From Planctomycetota bacterium (GTDB lineage: Bacteria > Planctomycetota > Phycisphaerae > Phycisphaerales > SM1A02): a stretch of DNA of 38,829 bases. The stretch lies in NCBI GenBank assembly GCA_022567855.1, contig JADFGE010000001.1, positions 1-38,829 of the forward strand, written 5' to 3'. A model generated the notes under the pieces. The model saw nothing but the letters and a program-made list of their open reading frames with translations, searched no databases and was not told the origin of the DNA. Within the stretch, counting starts at the first letter, position 1. Each line of letters begins with the position of its first letter. The position numbers and the translations under genes are program-made. Positions 1-9,812 of the stretch are shown here, piece after piece.

Positions 1-1151
1 AAGCGCGGATCCACGAGCTGACGACTGAGAATGATCAGCTCAGGATCGAAGCTGAGCGTGCGGCTATCGAAACGCAGGAGGCGTTACGCCAATTGGAGCA
101 GCACGATCACGCGGGGTCGGTCGACGACGGTGAAGATATCGTCGCGCTGCATCAACAACTCGAACAAGTCGAGCGGAAGCTCGCCGAAGCGCGTGCCGTC
201 GACCTGCATCCGTCCCGAAGCGGGTTCGATCATCCAGCGGACGGTGCTGGGAACGAAGCGCAGCGTCTTCGGGTCGAGGCTCAGCACCTCCAGCGACGCC
301 GGGTCAGGCTGGCGCGACTCCGCCGTGCCCTGCGGGCTCGGACGCGACCGGATCCCGTCACCGGGCCGGAGACGGAGGTTGATTCCTACGACCTGCAGGA
401 CCAAGAGCGTCAAGCTCAGCAGCTTACGGAACTGCGCGAAATGTTGGCGGCGTCCGAACGGGAGATGATTCGCAGGTGGGCTCGGCCATGGGCGGTGGTA
501 ACGCTCGGCTGGGTTGCGGTATTGGCGGTCATCGTCGCCGGGGCGAGCTGGTTCTTGGCCGATCATTTCGCTCCGGCCACGGTGTCGTCGTCGGTTACCT
601 TCGAAGCGAAGAATCGATCGGGCGCGCCACTGTCGATCGAGGAAGCGGAATCTTGGCGCAGCTGGCACACCGACCTGCTCGTGGACACCGGGTTTACAAA
701 CACGTTAGCCAAGCGGCTCGCTGATCGTCGACTCGATCGCTACGGCGACCCCAACGCTCTTCGCCAACGGTTCCTGGCCGATCTGACGATCGACGCCGTG
801 CCGGAAGGGATCATGACGGTTTCGTTGGCGGGCACGGATCCGCAAGAGATCACGGCGTTGCTCGATGCCCTTGCCACGACGTTCGTCACGGAATCGTCGC
901 GCCGAATGAGCAAACGAGGTGACGGCCCACACGCGGTCGTCAAGGGCGGAACCAAGGAAGGTGACCGCCTGCGATACGCCACGCTCAATCCGATCCCCAT
1001 CCACGACGAGCGGCTGCAATACGCCGGCTTCGCCTTCGGCGCTGCGTTCCCAGCCTGCCTGTTGCTGATCTGGGTGATCTACCGTCGCCTCGCGCTGGCC
1101 AAGAGCGTCTTCGACGATCCGGACGCGATGTTCATCGTTCCTGCCATCTAG
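1..1151 (+). CDS. Membrane protein with N-terminal coiled coil, two TM helices and a Wzz/GumC-like chain-length-determinant-type periplasmic region. It is truncated at the 5' end by the window edge.
   Basis: Frame 3 is open from base 3 (ARIHELTTENDQLRIEAER...), so the gene starts upstream of the window. The protein has heptad-like, charged, Q/E/R-rich segments. One TM helix is WAVVTLGWVAVLAVIVAGASWFL and a second, C-terminal TM helix is FAFGAAFPACLLLIWVIY. The segment between them (IMTVSLAGTDPQEITALLDALATTFV) resembles the Wzz signature. Confidence 0.5.
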   Translation, partial: ARIHELTTENDQLRIEAERAAIETQEALRQLEQHDHAGSVDDGEDIVALHQQLEQVERKLAEARAVDLHPSRSGFDHPADGAGNEAQRLRVEAQHLQRRRVRLARLRRALRARTRPDPVTGPETEVDSYDLQDQERQAQQLTELREMLAASEREMIRRWARPWAVVTLGWVAVLAVIVAGASWFLADHFAPATVSSSVTFEAKNRSGAPLSIEEAESWRSWHTDLLVDTGFTNTLAKRLADRRLDRYGDPNALRQRFLADLTIDAVPEGIMTVSLAGTDPQEITALLDALATTFVTESSRRMSKRGDGPHAVVKGGTKEGDRLRYATLNPIPIHDERLQYAGFAFGAAFPACLLLIWVIYRRLALAKSVFDDPDAMFIVPAI

Positions 1152-1443
1152 GGCAACGTAGACGTCCGTCCAGGGCTGGGGGGCGTGGAGGCACCAACGC
1201 GGTCATGTTCACGGCGGCGTGCGACGACGCTTGGCGCCTGATAATCGCCGTCCAGTCAGGCACGATCGCAGCGACCTTATCGGAACCTCCGAGAGCTGAG
1301 GAAGGCTGGGGAAACCCTGTCGTTCGCAGGACTTATCAACGCGGCGGTTGAGTGGTTGGTGCCAAAGCACGAGGTCGATCAGGCCGATTGGCGTCACTCG
1401 TGTAGGAAGTTTGTTCAGTCTCGGAGGCAACACGGGGCGAACG

Positions 1444-1677
1444 ATGCCAATGCTTCAACTGACCAGCGCGATGCCCGAAATGATGCCGTCTCCGTCGGGG
1501 CCGTCCTCCCGAATCTGGAGCGGTTCCGACGCACCACTCGGTACGCCCGAGCCGGACACCCTTCCCGGGCGCGTCTTCACCGCTGCCGACACGTTGAGCC
1601 GGCGGATGAAGGATCTCGCTCGCGAGTTTGATTGTCTGGGCTATTTCGACGACGACGACAGCCCCCGCGCCGCCTAG
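1444..1677 (+). CDS. Small hypothetical protein (77 aa) with an acidic C-terminus
   Basis: ATG at 1444. Codon third positions are GC-rich across the ORF. No recognisable motif. The ORF converges with the next gene. Confidence 0.3.
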   Translation: MPMLQLTSAMPEMMPSPSGPSSRIWSGSDAPLGTPEPDTLPGRVFTAADTLSRRMKDLAREFDCLGYFDDDDSPRAA

Positions 1678-2318
1678 CTCGGGCTCGAATTCGCCCTTGA
1701 AGTCGCCGCCGCCTTCGCCGCAGACTGCATCAAATCCCGGACCCGGTCCGCACGGTAATCCGCATCCGTCACGATCGTTGACGCGCTCGACTGACGAACA
1801 GTCTGCGAAACGCGCTGCGGCCGCTGTCTGGGCAGGCCCGTGAACGGAACAGTTGACGTGCCGAGCTTTGTCCGTCGCACCCCGGTTTGCCTGGCCCGTC
1901 GCGGATCCAATCTTAAGTTGATCCTTCCATCATAAGGATCATCGCCGACGCGACCCTCGCCTCGCCCAATTGACGTATCGACCTGACCGAAGCGCTCCAG
2001 GTCGGGATAGCCGATGTAGAATACGGTCCCGGCGGGGATGAGCGGCAGGGTTCCGTTCTTGCCGCGCGTATACACCGACTGAGGAAAGATCGCGTATATC
2101 CCGCCCTCGATCCGCATGAGCAGATCGTCTCGATTGGGAACGCGATACACCTGGTCAAACGCAGTCGGCTCACGAAGTCCCCGCTCAATCTGCCGCAGAC
2201 TTATGGACAGCGGCGAAATGTCCTCCACCGTCTGGTCAAGCGGCTTGAGATCACCGGTCTGGCCCAGAACGGGCGTCGAGAGGCAAAGGACGAGAGTGGC
2301 GATTCCAAGGCGGGGCAT
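1674..2318 (-). CDS. Secreted hypothetical protein
   Basis: N-terminal signal-peptide-like sequence MPRLGIATLVLCLSTPVLGQ. No family motif recognised. Confidence 0.55.
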   Translation of the reverse strand: MPRLGIATLVLCLSTPVLGQTGDLKPLDQTVEDISPLSISLRQIERGLREPTAFDQVYRVPNRDDLLMRIEGGIYAIFPQSVYTRGKNGTLPLIPAGTVFYIGYPDLERFGQVDTSIGRGEGRVGDDPYDGRINLRLDPRRARQTGVRRTKLGTSTVPFTGLPRQRPQRVSQTVRQSSASTIVTDADYRADRVRDLMQSAAKAAATSRANSSPS

Positions 2319-2397
2319 GTCTTTTCCTCATCGGCGTGAGGCAATCCGACGCCACAGTATACCTGATGTCGCCTCGACGATCCGCGCCGAAAAAGTG

Positions 2398-3159
2398 TTA
2401 CCGGCTCGATTGTGCGAGAATCGTAGTTGTCGCGGCCGGCAGACGGACCTCGCCGGAGTCGGTTCTGACCCAAAGCCCTTCCAGCGGATCGATCCGGAGC
2501 ACCGTGCCGTGGACGGTCTCCCGGCCGTTTCGCAATGTCGCCTCGGCGCCGCTCAGTGCATCACGCTCGGTGAAGGCCTCCACGAGCACGTCGTCAGGTT
2601 GTCGAAGCGCCGTACTCACCGATTCAAGGACGGCAACGATGGCGTCAAGCCGATCGTCCGGTGCGCCGAGTTGGGCCAGGCTGACGGCGACTTCCGCCAA
2701 CTCCTTGGGCCATGTCGTTTGAGAGACATTCAGGCCGATCCCGGCTACGGCCAGCGCCCCGGACTGCTCGATAAGAATGCCGGCGAGCTTTCGGCGTTCG
2801 ACGACAATGTCGTTAGGCCACTTGATGCCGACCGGCCGATCGAGCAATCGCTCCACTGCGCCAGCGACGCCGACGGCGAAAGCCAATGCAAGTCGCTCGG
2901 GCGGACCGCAGGGGAGCACGATACTCAAGGCCACCCCGTCCTCCCGCGTATCGGCCCAACGTCGGCCGAGTCGTCCTCTTCCTGCCGTCTGTCGCCAGGC
3001 CACGACCACGTCGCCCGGCTGCGCCCCAAGTCGTCGCGCCGCATCTTGCGTCGAAGCGGTTTCTCGGATAACGATGACCCGTCGAATCACCTCGCCGTCG
3101 GACGCCACCACCGCGTCGAGTCGTTCCTTCCATTGATCCAGGGGTATCATATACATCAT
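2398..3159 (-). CDS. birA: Biotin--[acetyl-CoA-carboxylase] ligase, group I (no N-terminal HTH)
   Basis: Biotin-protein-ligase signature QTAGRGRLGRRW. The length (253 aa) fits a group I enzyme. The ATG at 3159 directly abuts the nadC stop codon (TAG at 3160-3162). Confidence 0.85.
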   Translation of the reverse strand: MMYMIPLDQWKERLDAVVASDGEVIRRVIVIRETASTQDAARRLGAQPGDVVVAWRQTAGRGRLGRRWADTREDGVALSIVLPCGPPERLALAFAVGVAGAVERLLDRPVGIKWPNDIVVERRKLAGILIEQSGALAVAGIGLNVSQTTWPKELAEVAVSLAQLGAPDDRLDAIVAVLESVSTALRQPDDVLVEAFTERDALSGAEATLRNGRETVHGTVLRIDPLEGLWVRTDSGEVRLPAATTTILAQSSR

Positions 3160-4074
3160 CTACACTAAGTCTAACGCAACATCAAGGCTCGGTGCGGAAT
3201 GCGTCAACGCGCCGACCGATATCCGATCCACGCCGGTTTCCGCAACGGCCTGCACGTGATCGAGTGTAATTGCGCCGGACGCCTCGACGAGCACGTCCGG
3301 CGCGAGCTTGTCTCGACAAATAACCGCGTCGCGCATCTGATCAAGCGACATGTTGTCCAGCAACACCATATCAATCAAGCCGGGCTCAATCTCCAGCACC
3401 AGGCGCAGTTGCTCCAGCGTATCGATCTCGACTTCCACAAACCGTAGGTCGTAGCGTTCGCGGGCCGTCTTGGCCGCGCCGGCGACCGTCGGTGCGAACT
3501 CACCGGGGCCGAGGTGCTGAAGATGGTTGTCCTTGAACAACACGGCGTCGTGCAAGCCGAGCCGGTGCAACGTGCCGCCGCCGCAGCGAACCGCGTACTT
3601 TTCCAGAAAGCGCATTCCGGGGGTGGTCTTGCGGGTGTCGCAAATCACCGCCGTCGTCCCGGCGATCGCCTCAACATAACGGCGGGTGAGCGTGGCGATG
3701 CCGCTGAGCCGACCGATGAGATTCAGCATGGTGCGCTCGACCGCGAGGATCGGCCGCAAGTCGCCCAGAAGCCGCCACAGGACTTGACCCTCAGCGCAGG
3801 CTTCGCCATCGCTGGCAACAGACTCGAACCGCACATCACACTCGAATACTTCAAGCAGTCGAGGGATGACCGCCAGACCGGCAACGGTCCCGGCTTGCCG
3901 CGCCACCCCCGCCGCTCGCACATCCCATTCGTCATGGATGATGCTCTGTGTGGTGACATCCCCGCTGTCGGCAAGGTCCTCCGCCCGAGCTGCGCTCAAA
4001 AGTCGATCCAGCGACCCATCCGCGGTGAGCGCTGAGAACAACTCCGGAAGCGACAGGGCGTTCATATCCTGCAT
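3160..4074 (-). CDS. nadC: Nicotinate-nucleotide pyrophosphorylase (quinolinate phosphoribosyltransferase)
   Basis: Motifs TRKTTPGMRFLEKYAVRCGGGTLHRLGLHDAVLFKDNH. The ORF-track start at 4080 is a TTG. The first ATG is at 4074. Confidence 0.9.
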   Translation of the reverse strand: MQDMNALSLPELFSALTADGSLDRLLSAARAEDLADSGDVTTQSIIHDEWDVRAAGVARQAGTVAGLAVIPRLLEVFECDVRFESVASDGEACAEGQVLWRLLGDLRPILAVERTMLNLIGRLSGIATLTRRYVEAIAGTTAVICDTRKTTPGMRFLEKYAVRCGGGTLHRLGLHDAVLFKDNHLQHLGPGEFAPTVAGAAKTARERYDLRFVEVEIDTLEQLRLVLEIEPGLIDMVLLDNMSLDQMRDAVICRDKLAPDVLVEASGAITLDHVQAVAETGVDRISVGALTHSAPSLDVALDLV

Positions 4075-4094
4075 GGCCAACAGTCTACGGTGGT

Positions 4095-4961
4095 TTGCAG
4101 GGCAGGGAAGTCAGCGGCTATCCTGGGCGTAACGTGCCCACCAGCCCGGCCAAGCAAACCCTGCATCCCATCGAAGCGTCGCATCTCCATGCGCGGCGTG
4201 AGCGTGTGTTTCTCGTCTTGGCGGGGCTGTTCCTTGGATCGATGACGATGCTGAATATCCTTGGCACCTCGCGCTTCATCGACATGTCCTTTACCGTGGG
4301 CGACCTGAAGATTCCATTTGCACTGGCGGTCGGAGTCCTTCCTTATCCAATTACCTTTCTGTGCACTGATTTCATCAGCGAGTTGTATGGAAGGCAGCGC
4401 GCCAATTTTCTCGTCTGGGTCGGCTTCTTCCTCAATGTCTGGGTATTATTCATCCTATGGATTGCGGGCGTGTTGCCGCCGATGCCCGAGATGGATCCGC
4501 AGTCAGGCCTTCCCGCGACCAGCGACTACGCATTTGCGTTTTATCGTGTTCGGCAGCTCACGATGGGAGCTGTTGTCGCTTCGATGGCTGCCTACCTCGC
4601 TGCACAATTCTGTGATGTATACCTCTTTCACTTTTGGAAGCGCCTCACCAAGGGCAAGCACCTGTGGCTGCGAAACAACGGCTCGACACTCGTCAGTCAG
4701 TTCATCGACATGTTCTTCGTCATCACAATCACGCATTTCTACGCCAAGGGATTGCCGATTGATCAAACCAAACCCATCTGGCCGCAACTTTGGGTCTACA
4801 TCGGATCGGGCTATGTTTTCAAAATGATCGTCGCCCTGCTCGATACGATTCCGTTGTACATTGGCGTGAAGTTCCTGAGTCGATATCTCCAGATTGATCC
4901 TACGATCGAGCATCACGCGGACCGTGAGGCGCTGGCCCACGATCGACGGAACGACAAATGA
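4095..4961 (+). CDS. yhhQ: Queuosine-precursor transporter, YhhQ/VUT (DUF165) family
   Basis: Multi-TM protein with PYPITFLCTDFISELYGRQRAN, typical of DUF165. The start is uncertain: 4095 is a TTG only 20 nt from the divergent nadC start, and the in-frame GTG at 4133 is an alternative. Confidence 0.75.
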   Translation: MQGREVSGYPGRNVPTSPAKQTLHPIEASHLHARRERVFLVLAGLFLGSMTMLNILGTSRFIDMSFTVGDLKIPFALAVGVLPYPITFLCTDFISELYGRQRANFLVWVGFFLNVWVLFILWIAGVLPPMPEMDPQSGLPATSDYAFAFYRVRQLTMGAVVASMAAYLAAQFCDVYLFHFWKRLTKGKHLWLRNNGSTLVSQFIDMFFVITITHFYAKGLPIDQTKPIWPQLWVYIGSGYVFKMIVALLDTIPLYIGVKFLSRYLQIDPTIEHHADREALAHDRRNDK

Positions 4962-5018
4962 CGCCGTGATTCGAAAGCCCACGGCGAGCACGCCGTGGGC
5001 TTGAAGGAAGGAGCGACC

Positions 5019-5453
5019 GTGAGCGGGTATCACGACAATATTTTCACGAAGATCATCGATGGCGAAATCCCCTTCCACAAGGTCTACGAGGACGAGCATA
5101 CCCTGGCGTTTCTGGATATCGGGCCGCTCAGCAAAGGGCATACGCTGGTCATCCCCAAGGAACGCAAGGCGGCCCTGCACGAGCTGAGCGACGAATCGGC
5201 GGCTGCGATCGGGCGCGTGCTGCCCCGGCTGTGTCGCGCGGTGATGCAGGCCACCGGCGCCGACGCGTACAACGTGCTTCAGAACAACGGATCAGCCGCA
5301 CATCAGGCTGTCCTCCACGTGCATTTTCATATCATTCCGAAGTATTCCGACGCCGGCTTGGGAATGACCTGGGAGGCAGGAACACTCGACGATGCCAGCG
5401 CCAAGCGGCTGGCTGACCAGATGCGGGCATCCCTCGGCGCGGACGGATCTTGA
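5019..5453 (+). CDS. HIT (histidine triad) family nucleotide hydrolase
   Basis: Histidine triad HVHFHIIP. The GTG at 5019 is preceded by GAAGGAG 6 nt upstream, so it is preferred over the ORF-track start at 4995. Confidence 0.85.
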   Translation: MSGYHDNIFTKIIDGEIPFHKVYEDEHTLAFLDIGPLSKGHTLVIPKERKAALHELSDESAAAIGRVLPRLCRAVMQATGADAYNVLQNNGSAAHQAVLHVHFHIIPKYSDAGLGMTWEAGTLDDASAKRLADQMRASLGADGS

Positions 5454-5552
5454 TTTGCAGTAAGGATTAGCGCTCGTGCGACAGTTCATGCCATCACGCG
5501 GCCTCATTATGTTGAGTGTCATCCGGACTCAGCGCGTTCGGCCTGGAGATTG

Positions 5553-6620
5553 CTAGAACCCCTTGGTCGCGTTAATGACAATTCCATTCCATACCAGAAC
5601 ATCCCAGGGCGTCTCGAGTTGCCAGCGCGGACCGGCAGGTAGTTTCACCCGCAGGCCGCGCGGTAATTCATGTACTACACGAGGGTAGCGGCTGTTGCGC
5701 GCCGTCGGAAGTTGTATGAACACATAGTCGATTCGATAGGCCGAGTCCGCCTTCGCCTTGATGTGCTCAGCACAATGCGTACACGTGTCATAGTAAAAAA
5801 TGAGCGTGCAGTCTTCGGGCATCTTGCTGGTGTCAGCCCAGGTGGCCAGAGCGCATTCGCGCAACGGCTGGTTGACCCAATCCGGAGGTCGCAACTTGAT
5901 AATGCGCGGCAACCGAGCAGGAAGTCGCCAGTCGGACTCTTTGGGAGCGGGCGGCTGCTGAGTGGTGATCGGCTCCGGCGGCGGTGGTGACGGTGACCGT
6001 GAAGTTCGAGGAGGATCAACCACGACCTGTTCAATCTCGGGCGTATCGGATGTTTGATTGACCAAAGCTGAGTCATCGAGATCGGGAGGGGGATCTACCG
6101 GCGCGATCGTCGCCGAATGCACATACCAGACTCCGGCCACTGCGAGCAGCGGAGCGGCCACGACCGCCCACGCCCGCCACGATGTTGATCGCAAACTCGA
6201 CCACGGCTGAACGAGCGCCATGCCAGTCAGTGCAAGCAGATCGATTCCAAGGATGACCTGTGTTGGGACTGTCAACGCTGATCCGAAACATCCGCACGAT
6301 GTTTCTCCACCGCGAAGCTGCTGCACGAGAACGATCACGAAGCCGGCGAGCGCGGCGCTAACGACGGGCCAGCCGATCTTTGGCGAGACGATCGCGAGTC
6401 CGGCTACGAACAACTCGACAAAGATAACCAGGTCGAAGAGAACCTGTTCATCCCATCGCACCATTTGAAGTAGCGCAACCGGCAGATCCGACGGCGCGCC
6501 CCAGAGCACCTTTGCGGCTGCACCCAGAAGAACGTACGTCGCCACAATCCGAACAACGACGCCTGTGACTTTTGGTCGGCTTCTCAGTCGCTCAAGCGTG
6601 GTGGTCAAAACGTTGCTCAT
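5553..6620 (-). CDS. Membrane protein: MauE/DoxX-like 4-TM N-terminal domain, Pro-rich linker, C-terminal thioredoxin-like domain with CxxC
   Basis: TM helices plus the CGCFG motif typical of MauE-like proteins. The linker is PPRTSRSPSPPPPEPITTQQPPAP. The C-terminal domain contains YYDTCTHCAEH. Confidence 0.55.
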   Translation of the reverse strand: MSNVLTTTLERLRSRPKVTGVVVRIVATYVLLGAAAKVLWGAPSDLPVALLQMVRWDEQVLFDLVIFVELFVAGLAIVSPKIGWPVVSAALAGFVIVLVQQLRGGETSCGCFGSALTVPTQVILGIDLLALTGMALVQPWSSLRSTSWRAWAVVAAPLLAVAGVWYVHSATIAPVDPPPDLDDSALVNQTSDTPEIEQVVVDPPRTSRSPSPPPPEPITTQQPPAPKESDWRLPARLPRIIKLRPPDWVNQPLRECALATWADTSKMPEDCTLIFYYDTCTHCAEHIKAKADSAYRIDYVFIQLPTARNSRYPRVVHELPRGLRVKLPAGPRWQLETPWDVLVWNGIVINATKGF

Positions 6621-6750
6621 GCAGGAGGTGTTTCGATTTCATTTGATCATTGTTGATTTGCACATACAGGTCCACTTCGAAATCTCAATTTCGCGGCAGG
6701 ATACCCGCTTCGCTAGCGGCTCGTACTCGCGATACCACCGGTTCAAAAAA

Positions 6751-6789
6751 GAAAGCCGCTCGACGGCAGGTCGAGCGGCAAGTCGTTGC
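6751..6789 (-). terminator. Rho-independent terminator downstream of the P-domain/PEP-CTERM gene
   Basis: Perfect 10-bp stem: 6765-6774 gccgctcgac pairs with 6780-6789 gtcgagcggc. The loop is 5 nt. On the minus strand the stem is followed by tttcttttttg (complement of 6754-6764). The stem begins 22 nt after the stop codon at 6812. Confidence 0.75.
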
Positions 6790-6811
6790 ATCTCGTATGA
6801 GAAGTGGACAA

Positions 6812-7510
6812 CTACGAACGACGTCGACGTCGGCTCACGAGTCCAGCCATTCCGAGCAGGGCCAAGGCGCCCGGGGCGGGAATAGTCGTGATGGTCATCG
6901 ACCAGCGGTCCAGGACACCCGTGTCGGCACTCACACTATCGCCGATGTACAACGTCCAATTCCCGAGCGCGTTCAGTCCGTTGAAGTCAGACAGGGCCAC
7001 GCCGGGGCCGGCGCCGGGGTTCGGGAAGTAGTTGTCGGGGCTGCCGTTGGCGGGGTCGCCGACGACCAAAGTGCCACCAATCCCGCCGCCCATCAATTCC
7101 GCGCTATTGAGCGACGCATCGTCGTAGGTGATCGGGAACGCAAAGGCCAGGTTCGACGAATCGCCGCAGCAGCCGGTGCCATCGTCGGCCAGCTCGGCAA
7201 AGCCCGGTCGGCTGAGTAGCGTGAGCACCGTGCCGCCGGGGGAGACCAGCTTGATGACGAGGTCGCCGATCCAGGTGTGGCTCATGCCGATCGTCACGTC
7301 GATGTCGGTGATGATGTTGCCCCCAAAGCCGTCGTCACCGACCACAATAAAATCGGAGGCCATGCCGACGAAGCTACCGTCGTACAAGTCGTCCGGGATC
7401 GCGATGCCCAGGCCGGGACCGGCCGACCATACGTTCACGGTGTCAGCCGACGCCGCTCCCGTGATGGCCATCAACCCGCCAACGGCGACCATTACAAGTA
7501 TCTCTCTCAT
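6812..7510 (-). CDS. Stand-alone proprotein-convertase P-domain protein with signal peptide and C-terminal PEP-CTERM sorting signal
   Basis: The internal ATG at 7510 is preceded by GGAGAA. Signal peptide MREILVMVAVGGLMAITGAASA. P-domain-like core ITDIDVTIGMSHTWIGDLVIKLVSPGGTVLTLL ... GNWTLYIGDSVSADTGVLDRWSMTI. C-terminal PAPGALALLGMAGLVSRRRRRS is a PEP-CTERM pattern. Confidence 0.7.
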   Translation of the reverse strand: MREILVMVAVGGLMAITGAASADTVNVWSAGPGLGIAIPDDLYDGSFVGMASDFIVVGDDGFGGNIITDIDVTIGMSHTWIGDLVIKLVSPGGTVLTLLSRPGFAELADDGTGCCGDSSNLAFAFPITYDDASLNSAELMGGGIGGTLVVGDPANGSPDNYFPNPGAGPGVALSDFNGLNALGNWTLYIGDSVSADTGVLDRWSMTITTIPAPGALALLGMAGLVSRRRRRS

Positions 7511-8121
7511 TGCTGTGTTTCTCCTGTCTTCGTGTTCTCGAGAACTTTGCCTCTCCTCCGGACTCGGATCGCGTATTCCGAGCCAAGCGCTCACGCGTAA
7601 AAAGAGGTCCAACTTGAACCGCACACACATACGGCTCCAATCCTCGGCCGCACCTCTCGATGCGATCGACGCCAAGACCAAGTCGCACGCCACCGCGCCG
7701 ACCCGGCTCTCTCGCTTTTGTTGGAGGATTTTCGACGCCAACCCGCGGCGGCCGGTCTCCTCCTCACGCACTCCCCGGTTGCACGCACCCCGATCCGTGA
7801 AGGATTCGGGATCCTCTCTCGGCCACTAGAATACCGCCGGCAGCTACTGATGCAAGCAAGAAAAGGCGAGAACTGACAGGAATCTGGGCCGTGCACTTCG
7901 ACCCCCGACTGATCGTGTCAAGTCGGGGTTCTGCGGAGTTTGGGAGTGCCTAGGGAAGCCCTCAAAGCCGGCGGGCCACATTCGGCAGCCCCTTTTTTGG
8001 TTCCGCCGTAGGCCGGGTACACCACCTTGGGCTCCCCGGGCAGCAGACCCGGTTCGACCCGACTCCGACTCGGTCCTGCCCTGGACCGGGGGGCCGAGGG
8101 CGAGGAGCCCGGCTCAGCACG

Positions 8122-9492
8122 TTAGGGGAAGACTCCGCTGAGATCGTAGACCTTGCCGATCTGACCCAACGCGGCGCAGTAGCTGGCGGTGCGCATGTCA
8201 CACTCATACTTGATTCGCGCCAGCTTGACGCGCCGCGCCGCCAGCACCATGTGCTGCTTGAGCCGCCGATCGACTTCGTCCGCCGGCCAGTAGACCGACG
8301 ACTTGTTCTGCACCCATTCGAAGTACGACACCGTCACGCCCCCAGCGTTGCACAGGATCGCAGGCAGGATCTCGATACCCCGCTGACGCAAGACGGCGTT
8401 CCCTTCCGGCGTCGTCGGCGCGTTCGCGCCTTCCACCACCACCTTCGCCTCAATCAGCTCGGCCTTTTGGGGCGTGATCATCTGCTCCAGCGCGGCCGGG
8501 ATGAACACGTCCACCGGAATCCCATAGAACTCGTTCTCCTGGACCGCCTGGGCCTCAGCAAAACCCCCAACTCCGCCGATCTTGGCCGTGTGCTCGCTCA
8601 GGGCCTCCGGGTCAATGCCCTTTTCGTTGTGGATCGCGCCCGTGTGGTCGAGCACCGCCACGAGCGACGCCCCAAGCTCGCCCAGCAACCGTGCGGTCCA
8701 GCCGCCGACGTTCCCGAAACCGATCAGGCTGAACTTCAGCGACCCAAGATTGATCTCCAGTTCCTCCAGCATCTCCTGCAGCACATAGACCAATCCCTGG
8801 CCGGTGGCCTTGTTCCGCCCTATCGAGCCGCCCATTTCCACCGGCTTGCCCGTCACCACGCGCTGCGTGTCGGCGCGGTCGTGCTCAGGCGTCATCTGGG
8901 CGTAGGTGTCGGCGAACCACGCCATGATCTGCGCGTTGGTCCCCACATCCGGCGCGGGAATGTCGTAGTCCGGTCCGATCTGGTTGCTGATCGCCGAACA
9001 GAAGCGCCGGGTCACGCGCATCAACTCGTCGGTGCTCAGCTCCCGCGGGTTGCACTTCACGCCGCCCTTGGCCCCGCCGAAGGGGATCCGCACCAGCGAG
9101 CACTTCATGGTCATCAGCACCGCCAGCGCCTTGATATGGTCCAGGCTGACGTGCGGGTGATACCGAATCCCCCCCTTGTAGGGGCCCAGCACGTTGTTGT
9201 GCTGCACGCGATAGCCCTTGAACAGGTCATGATGCCCATCGTCCATCAGCACGGGGAAGTGCACCATGATCTCGTTCTTGGGTTGCGCCAACATGAGCTG
9301 CTGGTGATGGGCAAGCCCCACCAGCTCCGCCGCGATGAGCACCTGCTCGATCGTCTGATGAAACAGGTTCTTCGGATCACGGACGATCTCGAGCTCTTTG
9401 AACACCGCCGAGGGAAGGTGCCCCGGTGCGTGTGGCGCAGGCTGGGTTGTGGTGGCGTCCGCGGTGGTCGTGTCGGTTTCGGTATCAGGCAT
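8122..9492 (-). CDS. gdhA: Glutamate dehydrogenase (Glu/Leu/Phe/Val dehydrogenase family)
   Basis: Motifs KGGIRYHP and FGGAKGGV (catalytic Lys box), plus the NAD(P) fold GFGNVGG. The ORF-track start at 9564 is a TTG, so the ATG at 9492 (MPDTETDTT...) is preferred. Confidence 0.9.
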   Translation of the reverse strand: MPDTETDTTTADATTTQPAPHAPGHLPSAVFKELEIVRDPKNLFHQTIEQVLIAAELVGLAHHQQLMLAQPKNEIMVHFPVLMDDGHHDLFKGYRVQHNNVLGPYKGGIRYHPHVSLDHIKALAVLMTMKCSLVRIPFGGAKGGVKCNPRELSTDELMRVTRRFCSAISNQIGPDYDIPAPDVGTNAQIMAWFADTYAQMTPEHDRADTQRVVTGKPVEMGGSIGRNKATGQGLVYVLQEMLEELEINLGSLKFSLIGFGNVGGWTARLLGELGASLVAVLDHTGAIHNEKGIDPEALSEHTAKIGGVGGFAEAQAVQENEFYGIPVDVFIPAALEQMITPQKAELIEAKVVVEGANAPTTPEGNAVLRQRGIEILPAILCNAGGVTVSYFEWVQNKSSVYWPADEVDRRLKQHMVLAARRVKLARIKYECDMRTASYCAALGQIGKVYDLSGVFP

Positions 9493-9812
9493 TCTTGGTA
9501 AGCACTCGCTGAATCGTTCGTCGGTGGTCAGTCGGTCGGGCCGGGGGAAGATTTCCTGGCCCAATGATACACCGCCCCCACATCGAGGCCCGATCGGCGC
9601 GCGCCGTTTCCCGAAAGGGGACTAGCGTGTGCGCGCCGCCATGGCCGCAGTGCGGTCACGCCCCCAGCCCCACCCCCAGCCCCGGAACCGCTTGAAAACC
9701 AGCCGGTTCCTTCGAGAACCGCTTCACGCGGCATTGGCTGAGAACATGTGCCTGCTGATGGGTCGATCATGGCTCTAGCCTCGAAAAGGCGCCGCTCCGT
9801 ACAGGGCGCGAC

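Noticed and set aside
2116-3168. 350-aa plus-strand ORF overlapping birA
   Set aside because: The minus strand encodes the GRGRxGRxW biotin ligase signature. The plus-strand product has no motif and the composition of a shadow ORF.
7511-8121. Long (about 610 nt) gap between the P-domain gene and gdh. I examined it for an RNA gene or small ORFs. It includes the hairpin ccccgact-N10-agtcgggg at 7903-7928.
   Set aside because: I could not recognise any tRNA, tmRNA, RNase P or riboswitch-like core by eye. The ORFs there (for example 7591-7896) are Arg/Cys-rich with no motifs. The hairpin lacks a U-tract. The region is left unannotated rather than guessed at.
8251-9501. 416-aa ORF on the plus strand, antisense to glutamate dehydrogenase
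   Set aside because: The opposite strand carries unmistakable GDH motifs. The antisense translation is Arg/His/Leu-rich and low-complexity, as is typical of shadow ORFs in high-GC DNA.
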